The position numbers and the translations under genes were made by a program. A DNA stretch of 63,464 nucleotides, counting the filler, from Cercozoa sp. M6MM (taxonomy: Eukaryota > Protista > Endomyxa: Ascetosporea): NCBI GenBank assembly GCA_040357565.1. It is 8 parts of 8 records of this genome, joined end to end, with 100 filler letters (N's around TTAATTAATTAA, not from the genome) between each part and the next. Parts side by side here need not be neighbours in the genome. Positions count along the whole stretch, not along the records: positions 1 to 12,048 come from JBDODJ010000389.1; positions 12,149 to 21,712 come from JBDODJ010000475.1; 6 more parts are not named here. One strand, given 5' to 3'. The notes below the pieces were generated by a model that was given only the letters and a program-made list of their open reading frames with translations, was not told where the DNA came from and ran no database searches. Positions 1-12,672 of the stretch are shown in pieces. Positions within the stretch are counted from its first letter, which is position 1, and every line of letters begins with the position of its first letter.

Positions 1-927
1 CCCATTAGGAAAACACGAATTACGGTTTCCGACGGCCGCACTCGCAGTCATAGAGTTTGTTGCCGCGCTCATTGTGCCACACCTTTCAAACCACACGATT
101 ACTCGGTTTGAAACGGCGTTTCTCTAGACTGCAAAGAGATCAGATCACTCATACCCGGACACGTGACAATGGCAGACTCTCCTCGTAGCGATGCGAGAAA
201 CGCAGCGTGTGACCATCAACCTCGCGCTGTCAAACATCACGACATTTAAAGACACACACATCAACAGAACACCAGAGCGGGTACAGTCAGAACGCTTTTT
301 GATGCCTTGTCCTCCTCTCCGCTCGGCATCACACCCACCACAAAAAGAGTGCTCGAAGTAGGGAGACGGTTCCGCGATCTAGCACTAATAATACTCCTCT
401 TTAATATCGGTACACGCACGTGCGCACAATAACAACGCTGAAGCGAGCGGCATGTGCTTTAATAGCATTTTAAAGCCGCGCCACCTAGTGATCTTTTCCC
501 TGACTGTCGCTGATTGTTCGATCAATGATGATTGCTGGTGGCGTGACAATCGTTCTCCTCTCCAGAACATCGTCACCGCTCGCACTGCTATCGGCCGATT
601 TCGTGGAAAGATACAGTAGCTGGTTGAGTCTTCTAGGAGTCCGATGTACCGTGTCTACCGCCCGCTTAGGATAGGACCATACAACTCCCCAGACACCGAA
701 AGATACAGTACTAGTACAAGAAGTCCGGCCATGTGATCTGCGTCCGCGCGGAAGCTGCATCTGAATCGCTTAGCACACCGCTAAGCACACCAACTAGCGG
801 GACAAGCTCCCAACTTCGTGAGTTACTGCGAGAGCTGTTCTCAGTTTCGAACTTAAAGTTTTGGAATTTAAAGTTGTTCCGATAAGTACAACACGAGCTA
901 GGAAGCACGAGCAGGCAGGCACGAGGC

Positions 928-2236
928 TTACTTGCGCACGACCGGGGCGTAGTACTTGGCCTTCTCGGCCGAGGTCTGGAAACGGCCGTGGCCGACCTTG
1001 GACGACGTGTCGATGAAGTTGAGCGAGACGTTCTCGAGGGCGACGCGCTTGACGTGCGTGTACAGCGACTTGCGCAGCACAATGACGCGCTTGGCCGGAC
1101 CCATAACGGAGCCCTTGAGCATCAGGAAGTCCTCGTTGACGACACCGTAGTGCGGGAAGCCGCCCATCGGCGTGATGTTCTTGGACGACGGGTCGGCCTC
1201 GGTGGACGCGTTGCCCGGCTCGTCGGCGGCGAGCTTGTTGGCAGCCTTGCCGATGCGGTAGACCTTCTTGTTCACCTCAGTGCGGTGGAAGTAGCCCATC
1301 TGACCGCCGCGCGCCACCTGGAACGACACGCGCGCCGGGTGCCACGGACCGATACAGGCGACCTACCCAACATACACACATATATCGATCCACATATACT
1401 GATATATAGGGACAGGGACAAAGGAACCTTGCGCAGACCACGGTGCGTCTTGCGCGGCAGGCGCGTGACACCCCAGCGAGCAATAACGCCCTTGCGGCCG
1501 TGACCCTTGGTGACACCGATGACATCGATCATGTCGTCCTTGGCGAACACGGCGTCGACCGGCACCTGCTGCTCAAAGTACTTGAGCGCAAAGTCCACCT
1601 TGTCCGACACGTTGCCGCCGTTGACCTACTCATTAGAGGATAGATGATTATACAAACGATAGCAACACGAGGTACCTGGATCTCCATGAGGTGAGCCTTC
1701 TTCTGGCGGAAGTTGAGCTTCGAGATCTGCGTGTGAGCCAGCACACGGATCACCGAGCAGTACTTCTTGATGCGAGCGACCTTGGCGTCAATGTCGGCCG
1801 TCGACTCGGCGGCAGCGGCCTCGTACTTCGAGAAGGCACCCTTGCCGGCCTTCTTGCCCTTGGCGCGGTAGTAGTTCTTGTAGAAGCGGCGCTTCACCTC
1901 GTCGTTCAGGTGCTTGGCCCACACCGTCGTCAGCGTGCGCAGACCGTTCGGCGTCTCCACGTAGCCAACGAGACCAACGACGCACATCGGCGGCGTCTCC
2001 ACAATCGTCACGGCCTCCACGAGCTCCTTCTTGTTGAGCTTCGAGCCCGGACGCTCCAGGAAACGCACAACGTGCGTGTTACCGGCCTTGTAGCCAGCGA
2101 AAGCCGTCAGGTGCGGCGCCTTCGAGGCGTCGTCCTTCGGGAACGAGCGCACACGGCCACGGTGGTGCGTGCAACGCTTGCGCGGCAGGAAACCCAGCGA
2201 ACCGCTGCGCGGCTCCTCGAACTTGCGATGAGACAT
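928..2236 (-). CDS. RPL3: 60S ribosomal protein L3 (uL3), 3 exons (2236-1676, 1625-1428, 1362-928), 397 aa
   Basis: [21 protein letters not shown] start; [12 protein letters not shown]|[12 protein letters not shown]; GGFPHYG; [19 protein letters not shown] introns 1626-1675 and 1363-1427 restore one frame. Confidence 0.98.
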
Positions 2237-2555
2237 ATCGACTGCTCACAGCACAACACACGTCAGCTCGGCTCAGAACAAAAAAAAACACTCTTGCACA
2301 AAAAACACGCGCAAACGCTCAAAACCGCACAATTCTGCGCAGCAGCGTCTGCGCTTGGCCCCACACCGTACAGTAACGCACCTTGTCGGAACAAAAAATT
2401 CGTTTGTGATTTTGTTTTTCGCTGGTGATCGCATTTTCAGCGCTCCGCTCCCGACCTGGCTACAACTTGTCAGAGTTGTCGCATCGGCGCGAGTGTGCTC
2501 GTGTGGCAGTACTACAAGTAAACGCTGCTGTGTTAGTGGGAGCACGTTCTGATCA
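2237..2555. promoter_or_regulatory. Putative bidirectional promoter region between RPL3 and EFG1
   Basis: Two start codons diverge across about 320 bp. Position only; no specific motif identified. Confidence 0.45.
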
Positions 2556-3760
2556 ATGACTCACGAGAATGTTCGCGGCAAGGTAAACAAAACGCGATGT
2601 GCCTTCAATGGCGTCATAAAATGTTGTGTGCTATCGTCAGCGCGGAAGGGGTCGCGGCCGTGGCCGTGGCCGTGGCCGAGGTGGGCGTGGTAGAGGGCGC
2701 GGACGCGGTGGTGCTCGTGGTGCAAGGAAGCCCAAGTCCATCGGCCAGCGCGTCAAAATGACTGAGCGCTCGCTGAAGCGACTGCCTGCTGATGATGTAA
2801 GCGTTTCCCCTGCAGTCTTTCATTCTGAGTCTTTCAGCATTAATCTAACTGTGTTATGTGACTGGACACAGACGGAACGGCGTGCCTACCTGGAGACACG
2901 GCTGGCCGAGCTGCGCGAGTTGCAGCAGAAAGCGCGTCAGAACGAGGTCGAGCGCGAATGTGCCATCAAGTCGCGCTTCCCCAAGTTCGTCGAGAAGAAG
3001 AAACTGATGCGTCGACGCAAACAGCTGACTGCGCAGCTTGCTGAACAACACGGTACTCCAGCATTTCTAAACAAATTAAGAATGACCAATATTTCAATGC
3101 GTTTCTTGTGTCGCGAACTGCTTTAGACGACGAAACGGCCAAGCAGCTTGAGCAGGTGCACAAAGACCTCGAGTACATCGAGAACTTTCCCAAGGACAAG
3201 GTCTACGTGCCGCTGTTCCCGGTCAAGGACAACCCTAAGATGCAAAAGGAGCGCGCTGAGATGCGAAAGCTCATCGCGAAATCGCTTAAGGAGATCCGCG
3301 CGCACAACGCAAAACTCATGGACGAGCGTGATGAGAACGACGTTGAACCTGCTGTCAAGCGAAGACGCACTGGCGGTACAGTTTTCTTGTTTTTGTGCTT
3401 TGCTGTGTTTGACTGACGTTTTGTCTACTGGCTTGTTTTGTGTGCTGAACTGACTTGTTTTTGTGCTTGAACGCAGAAGACAGTTTCCTCGTGACCGTTG
3501 ATGACGATTCCAGCAGCAGCGATGACGACCAAGCACATCAACAAGAAGATGAGCAAGAAGCCGAAGCTGTTGTCGACATCGAGGACAAAATGCAGGGTCT
3601 CTCGAAGAAGAAACGCAAGCAGCTCGAGTTTATTTTGCGCGCGCGCAAGCGGCAACGCGAGCGCAAGCAGCAGAACGAAGGTTCGTCCTCAGAGTCGTCT
3701 GGAGACTCGGACTCTAGCAGCAGCGACTCTGACGTCGACTCGGGCTCTGACTCGGAATAA
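2556..3760 (+). CDS. EFG1: rRNA-processing protein Efg1-like, 5 exons (2556-2582, 2641-2796, 2872-3052, 3127-3375, 3477-3760)
   Basis: RG-rich N-terminus; SRFPKFVEKKKLMRRRKQL and DLEYIENFPKDKVYVPLFP match Efg1 motifs (KVRFFERKK..R.LKQL; DLNY...FP...KY.SL.P); acidic Ser-rich tail; phase-consistent GT-AG introns. Confidence 0.8.
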
Positions 3761-3890
3761 CTTCGTTCGGCGCTGGGCTGACTTCAGTTAACTGGGGGTG
3801 TTTTCAAGTTCATTTGCTTAAAAACGCAAATAGATCGGTGCGGTGCAACCAAAGCTAGCTTGCGCATTGTCAATGAAAAGCGAGGACCCC

Positions 3891-5040
3891 TCAAACAATG
3901 CGCTCAATCTCGACGGCATAGCGAATGGCATCGTGCGCGGACCCACTTGCGTCGGGACGAGTGTTGAGGTCAGTTAGCGCGAAGCGGTAGCAGCCGCCTT
4001 CCTGTAGCAAGCAAACGCAACGGGGCATCAAAGTTGGAGAAACGCACAGGCAGAGAGGGTGAAGAAACGCTACCAGACGCCAGTTGCGCGCTTGAGCGAA
4101 CGCGTGCAGCTCGTCGGTTTGAGCAAACCACAGTAGCGACTTGGCGGCTTCCACGCTCAACTAAACGATTTAAAGCAAGATAAGTCGAAGCTTCAAGTTG
4201 AAAGCTAAAGCAACAGGTAAAGGAAAGTTTGTACCGACTCGTAGGCGACTTCGGCACAGTCAGCGGCCTTCTCGCGCACCGTGTGCATCAGCGTGTTGGC
4301 AAAGGAACCAAAGTAAGTCTGTGGCAAGTCCTGCGCTTTTCTCAGCATGTCGGCGTAGCCGCCGTCGGCCAGCAGCTGCTCGAGCTGCACGACGCGACTC
4401 ACGAGCTCACCCTGCAGCAATCAAAAATCTGCTTCAAGCAAAACAAAATGAAAAGAAAAGGTACACGCTGCTGCACTCGCTCGAGAAAGACGTGGAACGC
4501 GGCTGCATCGTTCTCCTTCAGCAGGAACAGCAAGAACAAGGCGAACACAACGTCGCGTTCTTCGTCATTGCTCTGCTTGCGAAACCACAGGATATTGCAG
4601 GATAACAAGGATAACAAGGAAATACACTGTAAACAAACAAAACAAAGTACCGCGCAGTCGTATTGTTCGAACTGACGGAAGTGACGCACGAAAGCTTCCG
4701 AATCACCGGCTCGGACTGACAGCAGACACGCTGTCTGGTACATTGCACATGCCTATTGGTTTCAACAAACACATGGTTTGCTCTTTTGACGCTAAAAACA
4801 GAAAAACGGATTTAGTGGTTAAAACTCGTACCGCGGCACGGACTTGCACGTTTGATTGATCCAGTTGCACCAACGCAATCTACCAAAACCACCAGTTTTT
4901 TTCTCACATTTACAAAGCAGGAAAAGCAAACTCACCTTCAGTTGTGTTAGAGCATCGTTCATCTTGGCGCAGTCGGTGCTGCATTGTTCCATCTGCTTTA
5001 GCTGCTTTACGCCATTTTGCAGTGCGACAACGTCTGCCAT
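3891..5040 (-). CDS. RPN12: 26S proteasome lid subunit Rpn12/PSMD8, multi-exon
   Basis: Spliced segments LLFLLKENDAAAFHVFLE, VVQLEQLLADGGY, FANTLMHTVREKAADCAEVAYES and C-terminal IRYAVEIERIV* (the typical Rpn12 ending). Confidence 0.9.
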
Positions 5041-5231
5041 TTTCCAGTCTGTCCAAGTCAGAATTTTTTTGCAAAAGTTCCTCTGGTCGAAACTTTGCCA
5101 AAATAGCTACTAGCGCACTGGAAATGTGCTAACTGAATCCCAAACCGCGTCAGCACAACTTGTTTAGCGTCGTATAGATTGTTCCCGTACAACAAATTTT
5201 AAAAGAAACATTTAAAAAAAGCAGCATCTAC

Positions 5232-8200
5232 ATGAAACGGCTTCGAAACACTGTGGAAAGGGCTGGCATGTGTGCAAATATCTGCTTGTCCAAATAATTC
5301 TTAGTCATCGATGAAGAGATGCCCTAATTTTGTTCAACAAAAAAGCGATTATTATTGTTGATCGGTACCACATGCATAGTCCAGGTGGTCATTCATTGGT
5401 TTGGCACCTACCGCAGACAGCACAGAGTGCTTCGTCTGTTTGTTGCCCTACTTTGTATGCAACACGGGCTGGAATAGTTGCGATCAGCCGAGTCGGTCGT
5501 AGTCAGTCATGCCCGAGTCATTCCAGTGCCTGCTTGGCATGTACTGTCCCGACGGAGGCAGAGCTTCGACGGCTGCTCGTGTAACATGTTTCTCCAGTGC
5601 TAAGAAACCCGTTTGGTGTCATCTCTGTCTCACACTTAGACGAGTGAGATCTTGTGTGCCGAGGGCTTCTTTTGCTCTGCCGTCGAAGTCCAAAAGAAGT
5701 GTCCGCCGGGCAACTTCTGTCCTGCTGGCAGGTACGCTCTCACTCCAACGCGCTCTACTTCTACTTGATGCAATGTGTGCAGCATTAAACCAACGCCATG
5801 TGAAAAGCAAGGCCGTTTCTGTCCTGCTGGCAGGTATCAGTTTCTTTTCGGGCTTTGTTGAATTTTCCACCAAAAAGGATTGTTTTTGTTTCCCGCAGCG
5901 TGACAGACGCGCAACTGTGTGAAAGTGGGTTTTATTGTCCCAAAACGGCAGAGCAGATTCGATGCCCGCACAATCACTACTGTCCTTACGGCACTGTCGT
6001 ACTTCTGCCTGCCAGAGTGCTTGCTTTGTCGTGTTGTTTTTATTTTGTATTTCCGCTTGTGGCTGCAAAGAAACCGATCGAATGCGGTCTGTTTTTGGAG
6101 TGCCTTGAAGGCTCGTCATTTCCAACAATCTCCTTTGTGATTCGTACTTGCTCCGTTATGATCTGGCAGTTTGCACTCAATTTGGTTGGCTGCAGCACTC
6201 GTGGTTTTGATCCTGGCTTGGCTGTTTTATCTGCTTCGAGTTGGCATTGTTCGATACAATAAAAACAAAGGTAAGGTTGAGTACTCAATTCATTTGCGCT
6301 GCTTAGATGTTAAGTCAATGCAGAATCGGATGCGACGCAACAGGGCGTGGAGCGTGATCGCGAAGTTGCGTTGATGGATGCGTTTATGAGTCATAGTTCG
6401 ACTCTCACCGTACGAGTTAGTTTTTTTTTTTTGGTCATCTGGCCAGTTTAGTGCTTTGGAAGACAGAAAAGCACGACAATGGAGACAGAGATGGAACAGA
6501 TGCAACAGGAGCCGTATGAGATCCAAATGGCACAGCCAGACAATTCTCTCATCTTGGTATGTCCCAGGCCGAACTGACTTTAAGTTTAAATCTGTACAGT
6601 TTGTTTTGTTCAGTTCTTTTCGACACTGCAGCGAAAAGGCCCAGGACAACGGATCGACATTGTATTTCGTGATCTCGCTTCGGCCACTAACGACCGGTTG
6701 AAGGTGAGAATAATTATTTTGGTTTATCTTTCATTTTGTTTGTGCACAGCCATGTTCGGGAACACTTGTAAGTGGCGAACTGACCTATGGTACCTTTGTC
6801 GATCAAAGTTTGTTGCGCTCACGAGTTTGTGCTTAGTTCTGGGTCCGTCGGGAAGCGGCAAAAGCACGTTCCTGAAAGCTATTTCGATGCGAACTGACGC
6901 CAGTGAGTTACAGGTAGGCCATAGAAACAGGAGGATTTTCTGTTGGTGTAACTTATTTTTAATCTGTAGGGCGAAGTGAGTCTCGTTCGGCCTAAACGAG
7001 GCGATTCCTTGCCTATCGTGGGCCCTGTTGTGTATTTCTTTTGTTTTAAACTTGAGTTGATCTTGGCAGTGTTCTTCTCACAGACAAGAAAGGAGCCCCG
7101 TCGACAGAAACGCGGTGCTGCGCGAATTCGGCTACGTGCCACAAGAGAACTGCATTTTCGATAATCTCACGGTAAAACTGTTTGTTGGTTTGTTTGTCCA
7201 AACGTAAAATTGGGCCGGATGGTTCAGATACGCCAAAACTTGGATTATTCGCTGCGACAGCGTCCTCCGCGCGGGTGGACTCGCGAACGCTGTGGTCAAG
7301 TGATCGATGACGTCCTGCGTGTGCTGTAAGTTTTAGAGTTTAGCTGTGTGCATTCGCATCTGTTTGATTGGTCGGTGTGCTTAGTGGATTGATCGAAGTG
7401 CAACACCACATGGGCAAAGTTCTCTCTGGCGGTGAACTCAAGCGTGTCAACATGTACTTTCACTCAGTCTGCAGTGCGTGCTAAAGCGAGCAACCAATTT
7501 CTCAGTGGGATGGAAGTCGTGTGCTACCCGTCGGTGCTCTTGGTGGACGAACCAACGAGCGGATTGGATGCCACTGCGGCCACCGTGGTTGTGTCTGCAC
7601 TGGTAGCGCTGCTTATCTGTCAATTTAGATATCTTTCATCATTTTAATATTTTCGATTGGACACTGTTCGATAGCGCCAATTGGCCAACATGGGCATTAC
7701 TGTGGTCTGCATTCTGCATCAGCCTCGTCCGCAAAGTTCGTTGTTTCTTCTTAAACTAAAGCAACAGGGACCACTTATATGTGATGTTGTCTCAGTTTTC
7801 AATCTCGGCGATCGTTTGATTTTGTTCACGCACGGCGGCAGATTGGTAGCAAGTAAATTTACGCTTTTTTATTCGAAAGAGATACAACTCTGGTGTAGTG
7901 CTACAATGGCGAACTGCGACAAGCCTGCGATTATTTCGCTAAAGGAGGCTACGTTCGGTATCCTGGTCATCTGAAATGACTTTAGGTGGAGTTATCTTGT
8001 CGTTGGTTTTTGCAGAACGGCGTCGACGCCGGCAGATTGGCTGCTAGATATTCTGTCTGGTACAGTTTCGAACTCACGCGACAGGGGAACCCGCATCGAC
8101 CGGCTCTCCTCCATTGTAACTCTTTTTTTTGTGCTTTTGATGTACAATCTTCAGTTTGTTGAAGGCGGAGAATCGAGAGCGCATGTACCGACGTTGGTTG

Positions 8201-10573
8201 CAAACCGTACATGGCGTTTTCTTATTCAGTGATATATGACACACGATGCGAGGTCTCTCGGCAGGTGGCATCGCGGAAACTGCTGGTGAATGCACTACAC
8301 GATTCCACTATGGATCACGAGTAAGTTTTCCTTTCTGTGCACGTTTCATAGCCACAGTGCTCTTGTTAGTGATCTGGCCTGTGTCGATGAAGTGATTTCT
8401 GCTGAAGTCTCTGAAACGCTGAGTCATGTAAAAAATTCCCTTGCGTGATAATACGCTTGTCTCAATCGGTGTTTGAAGTAGTCGCGACCAAGAAAACAAA
8501 CTGTCCGTCCAGTGGATCAAAACCTCGTCCGAAAACTCGCCAAAGTCGCTGGTACGATAGTTTGCACTGCTTGAGACATGCCTCAAACTGATATCTGAAA
8601 CACAGGAGTCTCCAATATGTCAGCCGACGAGTTGCGGCGCATTGCAGCTCAAGAACTCGGCATTCAGTAAAGCGCATGCACGTGTGTGTTTGTCTCACTT
8701 TATTTTTGACCTCTGCAGCAACACGGTCGAGATGCCAACGGAACTTTTTGCGCGCGTGGCATGCCAGCTGCGCCAAAAAGATGCGCCAAGGAACAACACA
8801 GTACATCACGATAGAGACGCTGGCAACTCGATTTTGTCCAGGTTACTTCGCTTCGTTCAGTTTGGTTTATCTTGATTGCTTCAGTTTTTGTTTTTTTTTG
8901 TTGTTGTTTGCAGATACTACGCGTTGGAGTCGACCGATGATTCGCGGCAAGGAGCGGTAACTCTTCCCGCTGTAGCAATACTTGTTTTGACTGAGCAAGT
9001 AGTCAAACCTGGAGTTTGCAGGGTGAGCGAGATCTGCTGGAAGCGTTCGATCATGATTTGGGCGTTTTCGGACTTGAAACGATGCCAGATGGTTTCGGCT
9101 CTTGTCAATGTCTTTTGGGTATAGGATTATGCGAGTTCACAAACAGAGCTGGCACTGGCACCAATGTTCAGCGTGAACGAGTCGCGCATTGCAATGACCA
9201 CGCGCGAACAAGAACATGTCATTCTCAGGGACGTTTCGGGATTGGCGCAGACTGCACTGCGTCCTTCGTTGGTAGCCTTTAGTTCTGCATATTGACACGG
9301 CTGTTTTAATCTTCTTCAACACCTTTAGAGTCTGGCGAAGCAATTCGCGCTTGTTTTTCGCATGGCTCTGACGCAGAAGGTTCGTTCGGCCGGTTTTATC
9401 TGAGGAGAGGGTATTGTGGCGATGATAGCTTTAAACAGTTGGGCGACGGACAAGCAGCCGTGGTGGCTTTGGCGGTCGATTGCATCCTGCAGGTGTTCAC
9501 TGGAGCCGTTTTGGGCCTGGTCTATGTCTCACTTCAGCAGTCTCTGCTCGAGCTGCCACTGGCTTGGATGACGGCCGTCATCTGTCATACGGTTATGGTA
9601 CTATGTGCGCACTTACTCAGTGCCCGCGCAGAGGTGTGTGATTTTAACTTGAAACGTCAATCAGGTGACCTTGATGGCTTTGCCGATTTTGCAAAACGAA
9701 GCGAACATTGCTGCACGCGTTTCCTGGCGCGGTGGACTCAACACATTTGTGGTATCGCTGCTTTGAACTTTTGTTCTTTGAGTTCGACGTTTATCTTGAG
9801 TTGTTTGAGCGAACAGTACTTGTTGGCCAAAACGTCGGTCGAATTGTGCACACACGTATGGATACGTCCGATTCTCTTGTATCATTTTAACTCAATTTTG
9901 TTTGAGAAAATCACGCAGTCCAAGATGATACCGAAAGTGCAGTGCGTCTTCGTTCTTCTTTGCGCTGGTTCCGCGGTCGGCGTTCGGCAAGTACGCTTCC
10001 TTGCTTGTCTACTGTGACAAGGCTAAACAAACGATGTGCCTGCAGTGTGCTGGCCATGTTCATAGGCGTGTCGCTGGCTTCGCAGGTGAGTGTTGTGTTT
10101 GTATGTTGGCTCAAGCATGTGCAGTGTGAGTAGGGCTTTGCCATCGCGCTAGCGTGCGCAATGTCGCGTCACGCGGCGACGCTGTCGGCCTTGCTGGTGC
10201 CAATGGCACTGGGCGGTTTCTTTGCTGGCGTGTCGCCGCGGTGGAAGACGATGCCGTCGTGGCAGCGTGGATTGGGCGCGATCTCGCCCACTCGCTGGGT
10301 CGTGCACGCTGTGTCGGTGAGCGAGGTGCGTCTGCTGCCCGAGTACATGCGACAGGAGCAGATGCAGCTCTTTCGACAACACTTTGGCTTTCACGAGCAT
10401 CCGCAGTGGGGCCTCTCCTTCCTCGCGCTCGCGGTACGACACCTACGCTCTCTCTGCAATTGTATAGGGTACGATGCACACAAACTCACCAATATACTCA
10501 GAGCATTGGACTCGCCTGCTTTGTGTTGGCGTGCTTTGCGCTACACCGACGCAACTCGCGCATTCGCTGCTAA
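5232..10573 (+). CDS. ABCG (White-family) half transporter with Cys-rich N-terminal ectodomain; many short exons; start approximate
   Basis: Repeated C-x-x-G-x-F/Y-C-P motifs (about 5500-6120), then a TM segment, Walker A GPSGSGKST (about 6841), GYVPQE, signature LSGGELKRVN, Walker B LLVDEPTSGLD, ILHQPR, and a C-terminal multi-TM domain with ISPTRW ending RRNSRIRC* at 10573. Confidence 0.85.
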
Positions 10574-11560
10574 ACTCCGTCCCCGCTCGCAACTCCGTCC
10601 CCGCTCGCGTGCGGTCGCACTGTAAGTAGTAATAGCATTCTGTTTACGTGACGTACGGTCGCTATGCATTAAATTACAAATCGAACAGACGAAAATAGTG
10701 ATCCCTCGGGCGGGGGGGGGGGGGGGGGGGGCGGGCGGCGCGGCCCCCGGCCCGGCGCGCCCAGCGGCCAACCACCCAAAAAACACCCAAACGCCCAAAC
10801 AACAANNNNNNNNNNNNNNNNNNNNNNNNNNNNNNNNNNNNNNNNNNNNNNNNNNNNNNNNNNNNNNNNNNNNNNNNNNNNNNNNNNNNNNNNNNNNNNN
10901 NNNNNATTAAACTGGTGCTCCCCCCCCCCCCCCCCCCCCGCCGCTTAACACGCGCACAATACGGCAGCACTTAAACCGTAACACCGAAGCTCGTGACTCC
11001 GGCAGAGTCTTCCAAGACCAGTTGCCTTCGCCTCTAAATTTGCCTGTCTGCCTTTCCAGAGGCACTTTCTTTTGCTTTTTTCAAGCCAACTCTACCCTAA
11101 CACAGGTGTCGCACAGTCTGGACTGAAGCACTCAGGGGTTGCAACAAGTTGAGTTCGTCGTACGCGCGATTGAGTCTTTAAATCAAAGGTGCCGACAGGA
11201 CTTGGCGCTCGCGGAAAGGGACGTGTTCAGTTGGAACAGATCGAGATGAGACTGGTTATGGTCGCACGGCAGAATCATACTGCACGCGGACAGTGTTTTC
11301 ACGTCGCTTTTGCAGTTTTCGGGGCTTTTGGTACAGTGGACGCGTGAGAGCACTTGCAACGGTTAAGATCGCAACTGCCACACTCTGGTATGGTTTCTCG
11401 TGTTTTTCGTACTTGTAGTGTCTTTTTTGCTTTGCTTTGGTCGTTGTGTTTGTGTTGAGTTGTCTGTCACTGTCGCAGTTGCGCCAGAAACGACGACAAA
11501 TCCAGCGTCGGTGCCATCTGATACACACAAAGAAGGGCATAAAAAATCGAAGGGCAAAGG

Positions 11561-11950
11561 TTAAAGGGGCGAAAAAGCTACCGGCATCAGCGGTGGCTCG
11601 ACGACACTGAGCGCACTGATGACAGTGCCGCTATCCTTGTGGTTCCTATTGCTGCTGAGATTGCTGAGATTGCTGCTGCTGCTGCTGTTTCTCTGGTGAC
11701 CGAGGCTGTTATTGCTATTGTGGTTGTTGTTGTTGCCGAGGTGGTTGTTGGCCTGCATCGGCGCCAGTAGCTGCGCCAGCGTCGGCGTCGGCGTCGTGGT
11801 CGTCGGTCGCACCAGCTGCTGTACGCGTCGACTGGCCTGACCACAGGTAGTGGTAGTGCCACCTGCCTGGACACCGCCGCCGCCGCTGCTGCCTGTCTGC
11901 GTCAAGACACTGCTGTCGTCGGCGTCGGGGATCGGACACAGAAGTGCGTC
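11561..11950 (-). CDS. Last exon of a low-complexity (Asn/Ser/Thr-rich) hypothetical protein, 5' part off-scaffold
   Basis: Open frame ending PLMPVAFSPL*, preceded by a pyrimidine-rich intron with repeats (gataaggcaggtagg on the plus strand). Confidence 0.45.
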   Translation of the reverse strand, partial: DALLCPIPDADDSSVLTQTGSSGGGGVQAGGTTTTCGQASRRVQQLVRPTTTTPTPTLAQLLAPMQANNHLGNNNNHNSNNSLGHQRNSSSSSNLSNLSSNRNHKDSGTVISALSVVEPPLMPVAFSPL

Positions 11951-12048
11951 CAGTGACTGGGCAGGTAGGCAGACAAGACAGGTAGTGGGTAAGACATGGT
12001 AGGATAAGGCAGGTAGGGATAAGGCAGGTAGGGATAAGGCAGGTAGGG

Positions 12049-12148
12049 NNNNNNNNNNNNNNNNNNNNNNNNNNNNNNNNNNNNNNNNNNNNTTAATTAA
12101 TTAANNNNNNNNNNNNNNNNNNNNNNNNNNNNNNNNNNNNNNNNNNNN
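12049..12148. other. Artificial scaffold linker (44N-TTAATTAATTAA-44N); identical linkers at 21713-21812, 25103-25202, 28838-28937, 55951-56050, 59832-59931 and 61810-61909
   Basis: Identical 12-mer with stops in all six frames, centred in N runs, occurring 7 times. Confidence 0.98.
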
Positions 12149-12672
12149 GCGCAGAGGCAGCGGCGAGTGTTCTGGAACCTCGCCTTTCACTTCGTGTCGC
12201 TGCAGCTGCCGCTGCCGGCTCTCAGACAGGCCTTCCGCGCGGACCAGTGTGCACGTGTCAGTGAGACACGTGCCAGTGCCAGTGAGACACGTGCCAGTGA
12301 GACACGTGCCAGTGAGACACGTGTCTGCGAGCAGGTGCCGCTGGACACGCCGTCGGCATCGGATTCGTATCTTCACATATGCTATGTGGTTGCATGTATN
12401 NNNNNNNNNNNNNNNNNNNNNNNNNNNNNNNNNNNNNNNNNNNNNNNNNNNNNNNNNNNNNNNNNNNNNNNNNNNNNNNNNNNNNNNNNNNNNNNNNNNT
12501 TATTTCGCTATCCATTTTGGTGTAGCGGCCAGAGTCGGCGGAGCGACTGCAGTCGGTCTTCTCGGCGTCTATCAACGAGGACACGGACAGGTCGGACACG
12601 GACAGGTCGGACCCGGTCAAGTCGGGCATGGACAGGACGGACAGGACGGACAGAGAGCCTAACCACGACTGA
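12149..12672 (+). CDS. 3' fragment of a hypothetical protein with SETRA repeats
   Basis: Exon VFWNLAFHFVSLQLPLPALRQAF...(SETRA)n, then last exon RPESAERLQSVFSASINEDTDRSD...EPNHD*; an internal N gap lies in the intron. Confidence 0.45.

Noticed and set aside
1-430. Possible decayed non-LTR retrotransposon C-terminus (Cys/His-containing fragments)
   Set aside because: Stops in all frames and no clear RT or zinc-knuckle motif; too weak to call.
10700-10945. G/C homopolymer-rich sequence flanking the N gap
   Set aside because: Looks like low-quality read ends next to a gap.
12093-12104. Recurrent TTAATTAATTAA as a biological repeat or piggyBac-like target
   Set aside because: Always centred in 44N+44N; it is an artificial six-frame-stop linker.
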